Of a DNA stretch of 64,000 nt, positions 31,641 through 38,543 are shown piece by piece. The notes below the pieces were generated by a model, which saw only the letters and a list, made by a program, of their open reading frames with translations, had not been told where the DNA came from and searched no databases. Position numbers and translations under genes: made by a program. The stretch comes from Dehalococcoidia bacterium (GTDB taxonomy: Bacteria; Chloroflexota; Dehalococcoidia; SM23-28-2; HRBIN24): positions 1,936 to 65,935 of the forward strand of contig DAOTWZ010000042.1 of assembly GCA_034435615.1 (NCBI GenBank). Direction: 5' to 3'. Each line of letters opens with the position of its first letter. The first letter of the stretch is position 1.

Positions 31641-32215
31641 CCCCTCACCAGGTCCAGGAACTGCTTTAGGATGCGGGCCGTGGCCCCCCAGATGCGGTAG
31701 CCGTTCCAGTTGAAGGCGGGCACCAGCACCACCTCGCCCCGCCGCTGCCTCAGCTCCAGCTCCATGTTACGGTCGTCCAGGAGATGGGAGAGGGGGACCT
31801 CCAGGATAGTGGCCACCTCGTGCGGATGGGGGGCGAAGGGGTAGTCCTCATCGGTGGTCACCAGCCCCACAAAGGGCGTCACCTTGAAATTGGTGATGGT
31901 GATTATCTCGTCGAGCTGGCCCAGCACCTGGACGTCCTGAGGCCGGATACCTATCTCCTCCTGGGCCTCTCGCAGAGCGGTGGTCATGAGGTCCGGATCC
32001 TGGGGCTCGTAGGCGCCGCCGGGGAAGGAGATCTGCCCCTTGTGGTGCTCCACATACTGAGTGCGCTCGGTGAAGAGGACGTAGGTGGCGCCCCGCTTCA
32101 GGTAGAGGGGTACCAGCACCGCCGCGGGTATGGCCCCGGGCTCCTCCAGAAGCCTGGGGGTGTAGGTGGCCAGCACCTGGCGGATGTGCTGGACGAGCTC
32201 CTGCTCCATAGGCAT
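31637..32215 (-). CDS. Nudix CoA pyrophosphatase
   Basis: AAVLVP, HKGQISFPGG, TALREAQEEIG, IWGATARIL; the ORF-track start at 32386 lies inside the att repeat. Confidence 0.9.
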   Translation of the reverse strand: MPMEQELVQHIRQVLATYTPRLLEEPGAIPAAVLVPLYLKRGATYVLFTERTQYVEHHKGQISFPGGAYEPQDPDLMTTALREAQEEIGIRPQDVQVLGQLDEIITITNFKVTPFVGLVTTDEDYPFAPHPHEVATILEVPLSHLLDDRNMELELRQRRGEVVLVPAFNWNGYRIWGATARILKQFLDLVRG

Positions 32216-32355
32216 CCGAGGACCGGTCAGGCGACCAGCCCCATCGACAGTATAAGTCACCGCTGGCCCTGGATGGACGGGCCGTTGGGCACCTGCGCTC
32301 CGGGAAAGGCCCGGGAGCCGCGGCCTTCCTCGAGAGAGAGCGAGTAGGGGTTGGG

Positions 32356-32428
32356 CTGGTGGGCCCGGGAGGATTCGAACCTCCAACCAACCGGTTATGA
32401 GCCGGCCGCTCTGCCGTTGAGCTACGGG
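32356..32428 (-). repeat. att copy: duplicated tRNA-Ile2 lacking its first 3 nt
   Basis: Identical to 39810-39882; the 5' end reads TCC instead of GGG, breaking the acceptor stem. Confidence 0.93.
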
Positions 32429-32499
32429 GGAACCCTGTCCACCTTGCCCTTCCCAATCCGGAACTCGCCCCTTCCCACCCCATAACGGGAGGTGTCAAG

Positions 32500-33390
32500 T
32501 TGGCCAGGGATGCCAACCGAGCGTCCGGTTGCCCGGCCCTCCTCAGGGGCTTCGCCCTCCACCTGGAGGCCCAGCGCCTCAGCCCCCGAACCCGCCAGCA
32601 CTACCTCCAGAGCGCCCGCCGCCTGCTGGCCTGGCTGGGGGAGGACCGTCACCCTGGGCGGCTCCGGCCAGGGGAGATGGCCGCCTTCCTCCAGGAAGCC
32701 TACCCCCAGAGGAGCGCCAAGACCCTCAGGGAGCACCTGCTGGCCCTCCGCCGCTTCTACCGCTGGCTCCAGGCCGAGGGCGAGGCCAGGAGCGACCCCA
32801 CCAGCTCCCTGAAGCTGCCCACCTTCCGGACGCCCCCCATGCCCGCCTACACCCCCGCCGAGGTGAAGCGCCTGCTGCTGGCCTGTGACCGTAGGAGCCG
32901 CCAGGGCCTCAGGGACTACGCCGCCCTCCTGGTCCTCTACGACACCGGCCTCCGGGCGGGCGAGCTGGTCTCCATGACCTGTGAGGGGCTGGACTGGGAG
33001 CGGGGAGCGGCCCAGGTGAGGGGGAAGACGGGAGCCAGAGAGGTGCCCCTGGGGGCGGTTGCCCTCCAGGCCCTGGAGCGCTACCTGAGGCGCTGGGGCA
33101 TCGAGTCTGGCCCCGTCTGGCGGGGGGAGCGAGGCCCCCTCAGCGAGAGCGGCCTCCTGCAAATGGTGAGGCGGCTCTCGGCGAGGGCGGGCGTCCCCCA
33201 CAAGGGGGTCCATGCCTTCCGTAGGGCGGCGGCCATCGAGATGAAGCGGGCGGGGATGAACGACTCCGACATCCTCCAGGTGCTGGGCTGGAAGTCCATC
33301 GCCATGCTCCGACGCTACACCCAGCAGGAGGCCCAGGCGCTGGCCTTCCAGGCCCACCGCCGCTTCTCCCCCGCCGACCGCCTGGGCTAG
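32500..33390 (+). CDS. Tyrosine recombinase/integrase
   Basis: LYDTGLRAGEL (R), GKTG (K), HAFRR (HxxR), VLGW, MLRRY (Y); SD GGGAGGTG, TTG start. Confidence 0.93.
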   Translation: MARDANRASGCPALLRGFALHLEAQRLSPRTRQHYLQSARRLLAWLGEDRHPGRLRPGEMAAFLQEAYPQRSAKTLREHLLALRRFYRWLQAEGEARSDPTSSLKLPTFRTPPMPAYTPAEVKRLLLACDRRSRQGLRDYAALLVLYDTGLRAGELVSMTCEGLDWERGAAQVRGKTGAREVPLGAVALQALERYLRRWGIESGPVWRGERGPLSESGLLQMVRRLSARAGVPHKGVHAFRRAAAIEMKRAGMNDSDILQVLGWKSIAMLRRYTQQEAQALAFQAHRRFSPADRLG

Positions 33391-33418
33391 AGGCCCCGTC
33401 CTGGCCAGCCCCCTGCTG

Positions 33419-33547
33419 GGAGACCGATGGGGACTCCGGAGACCGATGGGCCGTTCTTTCGGCCAATTCCCCCTGGACCTGGTGGGTCGCCGGGCAATTC
33501 CCCCTACAGTTCGGTCCATCGGTCTCCAGGGCTCCGAACGGTCTCCC
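33419..33547. repeat. Cluster of short direct and inverted repeats
   Basis: GGAGACCGATGGG at 33419 and 33438, inverted CCATCGGTCTCC at 33516, CAATTCCCCCT at 33464 and 33495. Confidence 0.75.
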
Positions 33548-33661
33548 TGGGGCAGGGTCTGGGGGCAAAGAATGTGATTCTCTGCCCTGGTCTCCCGAAG
33601 GATGAGGCTTCCCCCTGAGGGCTGGAGTGGGCTACCATCGGGGCCGTAGGGGGTAAGGGAG

Positions 33662-33760
33662 ATGCCCATCGCCTTCCTCGCCCTCGTCTCCCTCGTCGGC
33701 CTGGCCTTCCTGGGCCTGGTCCTCCTGGCCTGGGACAGTTGGAGGCGCTGGCTGAAGTGA
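33662..33760 (+). CDS. 32-aa single-TM peptide MPIAFLALVSLVGLAFLGLVLLAWDSWRRWLK
   Basis: Translated by hand, below the ORF-track cutoff; purine-rich SD (GGTAAGGGAG) directly upstream. Confidence 0.6.
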   Translation: MPIAFLALVSLVGLAFLGLVLLAWDSWRRWLK

Positions 33761-33830
33761 GGGGGACAGCCCAGAGGGAAGCCCTCTCCCCTTCGGGCTG
33801 CCCCCCAGCGCCTAGGCCCACTGCCGGCCC

Positions 33831-34001
33831 TCACCTCCCCAACACCCGCCGGGCCAAGGCCGTCGTCCGGAAGTCCAGCTCCTCCCTCAGCTCCTCGACC
33901 TCCTTCTGGAGCCGCTCCACCTCCTCCTCCAGGGAGGCGACCCGCTCTTGCAGCTCGGTCACCATGTCGGCAAGCTCTCGAAGGCCCCGCTCGATGCTCA
34001 T
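33831..34001 (-). CDS. 56-aa coiled-coil protein MSIERGLRELADMVTELQERVASLEEEVERLQKEVEELREELDFRTTALARRVLGR
   Basis: Translated by hand; AAGGAGG SD; clear heptad pattern. Confidence 0.7.
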   Translation of the reverse strand: MSIERGLRELADMVTELQERVASLEEEVERLQKEVEELREELDFRTTALARRVLGR

Positions 34002-34130
34002 CTCCTTCGCCTCCTTCCCTGGCTCGATGGTCTGGCCCGATGGTCTGGGCTGAGAGAGGGGAGCGAGGGCCAGAGGGTCAGAGGGTGCCCCACCTGGCTC
34101 CTGCCCCCCTCTCAGCCTCGTGGGCTCGGC

Positions 34131-34406
34131 CTAGGTGGCCGAGGCGGGCTCGCCCCGTAGGACCTCGTCGAAGAGGCTCCTGGCCCGCTGCCGCTCCTTC
34201 TCGGAGAGCAGGGGCCAGAAGGCGGCCACTAAGTGCCACGCCTGGATGGGGGTGGGCACTTCCGCCCTGTGGAAGCACTCGCTGGCGTAGCGGTAGCAGT
34301 GGCCACACTCCAGGGTGCAGCCCGCCTCGATGGCTGCCTCACCGCTCTCCAGGACGACGACCTCGAACCCGCCGGGTAGCGAGACCCGTAGCGCTACGTG
34401 GCTCAT
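34131..34406 (-). CDS. Element hypothetical protein with Cys/His cluster
   Basis: SD AAGGAGG; C-x3-CGHC...C-x-H. Confidence 0.7.
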   Translation of the reverse strand: MSHVALRVSLPGGFEVVVLESGEAAIEAGCTLECGHCYRYASECFHRAEVPTPIQAWHLVAAFWPLLSEKERQRARSLFDEVLRGEPASAT

Positions 34407-34547
34407 GGCTCGACCTCCTTTCGCTGTTGGGCTTCACCGGTCCAGGGGCGACGGCAGAGCCGTCGCCCGTCTGGCCTTCTCGGCAGGCAGGTGGGGGCAG
34501 AGGCGGCGGTGGGGCCTGGCCGCCGCCCCGCCCCCGTAGGGCATTGG

Positions 34548-34886
34548 CTAGGACCTGGTCTTGAGGACCTCGGCCAGAAGGCCGATGAACTCCGCCAGGG
34601 CCTGAGGGTCGAAGCTGACCACCAGGTGGACGGTGACGGCCCGCTCGCCCTCGCCCTCGGCCTGGGCGGGCTCGCTCCCGTTCACGCTGGCCACGGGGCG
34701 GGCTGCCTTCACCTTGGGGAACCTGCCCGACGTGTCGATGTCCAGCTCCCACAGGCCAGGCACGAGGGCCCGCCCCACCTTCGGGTCGAAGGCGTAGATG
34801 GGCTTCTCCTCGCCCTCGACGTGGACGACCCAGAAGGGGGCCTTCTGACCCGCCTTCTCCTCGACCTTGACAACCGTCGCCAGCAT
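34548..34886 (-). CDS. Element protein, putative OB-fold ssDNA-binding protein
   Basis: SD AAGGAGGT; alternating beta strands with exposed aromatics, then an acidic linker; fold assignment is inference. Confidence 0.55.
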   Translation of the reverse strand: MLATVVKVEEKAGQKAPFWVVHVEGEEKPIYAFDPKVGRALVPGLWELDIDTSGRFPKVKAARPVASVNGSEPAQAEGEGERAVTVHLVVSFDPQALAEFIGLLAEVLKTRS

Positions 34887-34959
34887 GCTCTAACCTCCTT
34901 CTCGCTCCTGGACTTCTGCCCTGGCCGATGGCCCCATACCCGGCCAGGGCCAATGAGAT

Positions 34960-34986
34960 GGGGGGTGCTCCCTGGGAGCACCCCCC
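34960..34986. repeat. Perfect 12-bp hairpin
   Basis: GGGGGGTGCTCC-CTG-GGAGCACCCCCC, no U-tract. Confidence 0.85.
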
Positions 34987-35005
34987 AAAGCCTTGAGATA
35001 AGACC

Positions 35006-35344
35006 CTAGCCTAGCTGGGTGATGCCCTTGCACCGCCGACACAGCCAGCCGTGCCGCCCGTCGGGGTAGGCCCAGTAGGCCACCTCAGTGGGCGCCTGGC
35101 ACAGGCACCACCGCCCCGTCAGGAAGATGCTGTTGGCGAACCCCAAGGCCAGGGTGAAGGCGTCGGTGTCGCCCGCCAGGGGTGTCGGCTCTCCGTGACG
35201 GGCCACCACCGCCAGGGCCAGCGGCAGTAGCTCCCTCGCCCGCCTCACCACCTGCTCCCGCTCGGCCAGGTGCTGCATCAGCCAGCACCGCTGCCCACAG
35301 GCCGAGAGGTCGGGGCACCACTCACATCCCGGGCCGTCGCCCAT
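35006..35344 (-). CDS. Element Cys-rich protein
   Basis: ATG 35344 after GGGAGG; CEWC-x5-C-x3-C and CLC...CRRC. Confidence 0.65.
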   Translation of the reverse strand: MGDGPGCEWCPDLSACGQRCWLMQHLAEREQVVRRARELLPLALAVVARHGEPTPLAGDTDAFTLALGFANSIFLTGRWCLCQAPTEVAYWAYPDGRHGWLCRRCKGITQLG

Positions 35345-35587
35345 GCTGCATCGCCTCCCTTCAGCTAGACTTCGAGAACCAGAGGGCGAGCGCCCGGGCG
35401 CTCGCCCTGATGCCGATGGAGACCTCTCAAGCCTTGGGGACGATGAGGGTAAGGGCGTGGCCAGGAGGGGTGAACCACGACGGGGGCCTGGAGGGCACAT
35501 TTGGGAACTCTCGACACCCTGAACTGGGAAATGTGACTCCTGCTCCTAAAAGACCTCCTATCCTCGTTCGCCGTCCCGTCATGGGCT

Positions 35588-35857
35588 ATGCTGAAGACGA
35601 TGATGCAATGGCGAAGGGCCGAGAGGCCCCGCCCTGCCGCCTTGTGGCAGACGGAAGCCCTCCGTCGTCTGGCCAGGCGATGGGAGCGAGAGCGGCCCTG
35701 GAGACCCTGCCCCTGCCCCCTTTGCTCGCCTCCGCCACCGCCCCCGCCGCCGTCCAGGTGCCCTCGCTGTGGCGGCGGCATCTACCAGGAGCGAATAGAC
35801 GGCGGCGTGGACCTCTACTGCATCGCCTGTGGCTGGCGACTGGCCCTATGGAGCTAG
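35588..35857 (+). CDS. Element zinc-ribbon protein with a polyproline tract
   Basis: CPCPLC-S-P8-RCPRCGG...CIACG; possible leaderless start at ATG 35600 after TATGCT. Confidence 0.6.
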   Translation: MLKTMMQWRRAERPRPAALWQTEALRRLARRWERERPWRPCPCPLCSPPPPPPPPSRCPRCGGGIYQERIDGGVDLYCIACGWRLALWS

Positions 35858-35931
35858 GCCACAGCCATGATGTAGTCCTGCTCCCCCAGACCCCAGTAAC
35901 CAGGTGGGCAAAGAATCACGAATCCGTATTT

Positions 35932-36417
35932 TCAAGAATTATGGACTGGTATTCTTTGGATGGCCTCGGCTAGAGTCGTCGCCCTGGTCCGGCACGCCCA
36001 CCTGACATCGGAGCCTTTGACGCCTCCGCCCCCTGTCCTCTGGACCAGCCTCTCCCGCTCAAGCCTCTGGAGGGCAGCTCGTAGCTGGTGGGCAGGGACA
36101 TCTATGCCCGCCAGTCGCTTCAGCCACTGGCGTAGGCCCCGGATGGTGGTGGGCTTGCCCCCCAGTCGCCTCAGCCCCGCCAGCAGCAGCAAGTCCAAGG
36201 CTGGCAAGGCGAGGATGGAGGGTCCCCTGGCCAGCACTTCGGCGATGCTCTCGGCTATGAAGCTGCCCCTGGACGAGCGGCGGAGGTGGAGCAGCCTTCG
36301 GCACTCAGAGCAGGCGGTGACGACTACCGCCTCGATGCCGACGCCAGGGAGCCCACAGCACGGGCAGAGGGCGGGCAGGACCTCCTCGTGGTCGTCACTC
36401 CTCTGGCAGTCCATCAT
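35932..36417 (-). CDS. Element zinc-ribbon plus winged-HTH protein
   Basis: CPCC...CSEC then PTTIRGLRQWL...LRAALQRLERERLVQR...RW; ATGA overlap with the upstream gene. Confidence 0.65.
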   Translation of the reverse strand: MMDCQRSDDHEEVLPALCPCCGLPGVGIEAVVVTACSECRRLLHLRRSSRGSFIAESIAEVLARGPSILALPALDLLLLAGLRRLGGKPTTIRGLRQWLKRLAGIDVPAHQLRAALQRLERERLVQRTGGGGVKGSDVRWACRTRATTLAEAIQRIPVHNS

Positions 36418-36914
36418 GGCTTCTCCTCCTGGGGCAGGAAGGGCTTCAGCTCAGGCAGCCGGTGGACCAGCTCCTCCTTCGGCACCCGTAGCGTGAGGGC
36501 ACCGTCCCGCTCCTCGGCCAGCAAGTAGACGAGGGCCTCGCCCATGTCCAGGAGGCTGCCCGTCACGGGGACGCCCCATCTCTCCGCCGCCTCCTGGCAG
36601 AGTTCTCGGGCCAGCCCCTGGACCGCTCGCCAGGTCCATCGCCTGCCATCCCACCCGACCAGCACAGCCAGGACCATGCAGGCGTGGCGGGTCGCCTCGG
36701 CGAGGTGGCGTAGCTCCAGGAGGAAGCTCTCGAACTCGCCCTTGGAGCGCCTGGCCTGGGCAGCCAGAGTCCGAAGCCTCGCCTCTACCCAGCGGGCGGG
36801 AGACTCCTCGGCCTCCTCCTCCTCGCCATAGAGACCGGGACAGCCCTCGGCTACGGCGGTCAGGAGCCCCCGCCCTGCCGCCTCTAGGCTACGGACCAGG
36901 GCGAGGGCAGCCAC
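36414..36914 (-). CDS. Element helical protein, possibly the C-terminal part of Rep
   Basis: GTG start without SD; the frame is open a further 108 codons upstream, to 37238. Confidence 0.6.
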   Translation of the reverse strand: MAALALVRSLEAAGRGLLTAVAEGCPGLYGEEEEAEESPARWVEARLRTLAAQARRSKGEFESFLLELRHLAEATRHACMVLAVLVGWDGRRWTWRAVQGLARELCQEAAERWGVPVTGSLLDMGEALVYLLAEERDGALTLRVPKEELVHRLPELKPFLPQEEKP

Positions 36915-37099
36915 CAGCAGGCGAGAGGAGAGGTCACACCGGGCGGGATAGGACTCGGGCGCCCCATCCCCTACCTCCCCCAGCGCCGCCTCCAGTCGCC
37001 CCAGGGGTCCAGCCAGGGCGGGGCGGGTATATCCTCTCTCCGTAGTCCTCGACTCTCCGCCCAGAGGGGCAGAGGACGGTGCTCCCCCTTGGTCGGGGT

Positions 37100-37155
37100 G
37101 CAGGGGCTCCGCCCCTGCAGTCGTCGGGGGGTCAGAGGGGGGCAGAGCCCCCCTC
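37100..37155. repeat. Tandem GC-rich triloop hairpins
   Basis: GCAGGGGC-TCC-GCCCCTGC (37100-18) and GAGGGGGGC-AGA-GCCCCCCTC (37135-55). Confidence 0.8.
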
Positions 37156-37197
37156 GGCTCAGGATGAGATGTCGGTGCTGCCGGGTGCTCTGGAACA

Positions 37198-37719
37198 TCA
37201 TCTCTGGATAGGACATCTGGATATGGGTGAACTCTGCTTCACCGGGGTGGTGAACTCTGCTTCACCGGGGTGGTGAACTGGAGTGCACCGGGGTGGTGAA
37301 GTGTGCTTCACCGGTGAACTCTGCTTCACCCCCTGGTAGACCTCGGTCCTGATGCCTCGCTGGGGCGTCTGGCGGTCGGGGCTCCGGTAGGTGGCGAGGT
37401 AGCCCAGCTCGGCGAGCCGTCGGAGGCTGTCCTTGGCCTGGCGGGGGGAGATGCCTGCCGCCCGGGCGAGGGTGGTGCTGGAGGCGAAGGTGGTCCTGGA
37501 GCGGCGGTCGGAGTAGGCGAGGATGAGGCCCAAGAGGCGGAGGTCCGAGAGGCGAAGCCGTCCGTCCAGGAGGGCGGCCACAGGGAAGCGGACCCACTTC
37601 CGTCCCGGTGCCCTGGGCTGCCTCCTGCCGCCCTTCTCTTGGCTCCCGGCCTCGGCGATGGGCCGGGTCTGGGCCAGCTCCTCTTTCGGTCGGCTTCCGT
37701 TTGTGTTAACCTTCTGCAT
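37198..37719 (-). CDS. Putative replication initiator (N-terminal winged HTH) with internal iterons
   Basis: LRLSDLRLLGLILAY...TFASSTTLARAAGISPRQAKDSLRRLAELGYL; SD AAAGGAGG; repeats in the 3' part of the gene. Confidence 0.8.
   Translation of the reverse strand: MQKVNTNGSRPKEELAQTRPIAEAGSQEKGGRRQPRAPGRKWVRFPVAALLDGRLRLSDLRLLGLILAYSDRRSRTTFASSTTLARAAGISPRQAKDSLRRLAELGYLATYRSPDRQTPQRGIRTEVYQGVKQSSPVKHTSPPRCTPVHHPGEAEFTTPVKQSSPISRCPIQR
37226..37330. repeat. Five palindromic 18-bp iterons GGTGAA-N6-TTCACC (putative origin)
   Basis: Units at 37226, 37249, 37272, 37295 (23-bp period) and 37313. Confidence 0.88.
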
Positions 37720-37795
37720 AGGGCAATCGCCTCCTTTCCGTGTGGTGTGGTGCCGTCCAGGGGAGGGCTAGAGCCAGCCCTCCCCTGGGGCTTCC

Positions 37796-38221
37796 TCAGC
37801 CAATCCGGACCACTCGCTCGGGCGGCACCCATGCCCACGGCCAGCCTGGGGCATCGGGCTGCCTGTCGAAGTCCCGGAGCCTGAACCACGCCTCAGGCTG
37901 CCCGTCGAAGGTGCCTGGGACGCCCACCTCTCGGGCCCTGGAAAGGGCCAGGCTGTAGTGCTCGACGAGGCCAGGCACCACCTGGACGCCCACCTCCAGC
38001 CGGCGGGCACCAGCCCGCTGGGCTATGTCGAGGGCCTCGGCCGGGATGCTGAAGGCGTCGCCCTTGAGCCTCGGTCTGCCGCCAAGGGCGTAGGCCAGCA
38101 CAACGGCTTCGTCCTCCAGGGAGAAGGTCACCTTGGCCACGACCACCTCCCTGCCTCCCAGGAAGGAGCGGCGGACAGTGATGACGAAGGGCGGCTTGGG
38201 GATGGACCTGGCGGTGGTCAT
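37796..38221 (-). CDS. Element hypothetical protein
   Basis: 141 aa; ATGA overlap with the upstream ORF. Confidence 0.7.
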   Translation of the reverse strand: MTTARSIPKPPFVITVRRSFLGGREVVVAKVTFSLEDEAVVLAYALGGRPRLKGDAFSIPAEALDIAQRAGARRLEVGVQVVPGLVEHYSLALSRAREVGVPGTFDGQPEAWFRLRDFDRQPDAPGWPWAWVPPERVVRIG

Positions 38222-38430
38222 GCCCTGGTCACCCCCTCATCGGCGTCGGCCTGGGCCTGGCGGCGGGACATCATCCGCCAGGTCCTTAGGGAGGTCTCCA
38301 GGGCGGCCAAGCTGGGGGCTATGAAGGCCTGGAAGGCCAGAAGCTCCTGGAGGTCGGCGGCACCCCTGAACCTCTCCCTCTGGCTGTAGGTGCCCCGGGC
38401 GGTATCGAGCTTGATGGTGATGGTCGCCAT
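38218..38430 (-). CDS. Element hypothetical protein
   Basis: 70 aa from ATG 38430 after GAGGAGGTG. Confidence 0.65.
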   Translation of the reverse strand: MATITIKLDTARGTYSQRERFRGAADLQELLAFQAFIAPSLAALETSLRTWRMMSRRQAQADADEGVTRA

Positions 38431-38543
38431 TGGCTGCTGCACCTCCTCGATGGGTCTCCATCAGGAGAAGGGGTAGCAGCGAGGCGATTCTATTCAGCCT
38501 GGCAGCCAGGGGTTAGGGGGCAGGGGGGCGAGCCTCGCTCTAC

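Noticed and set aside
32357-32428. Second functional tRNA-Ile/Met gene
   Set aside because: The first three acceptor-stem pairs are broken; it is the att duplicate
33504-33821. 105-aa minus-strand ORF
   Set aside because: Low-complexity G/R/P antisense of the hydrophobic peptide, with no SD
34986-35005. pC194/phiX-type rolling-circle nick site (TCTTATCT on the minus strand)
   Set aside because: The critical CTTGATA is absent and no HUH Rep is visible
36971-37216. 81-aa ORF as a real gene
   Set aside because: No SD, and it reads as a translation of the GC hairpins; the neighbouring frame is more protein-like
37226-37330. CRISPR array
   Set aside because: Spacers are a constant 5 bp or absent, the repeats lie inside an ORF, and there are no cas genes
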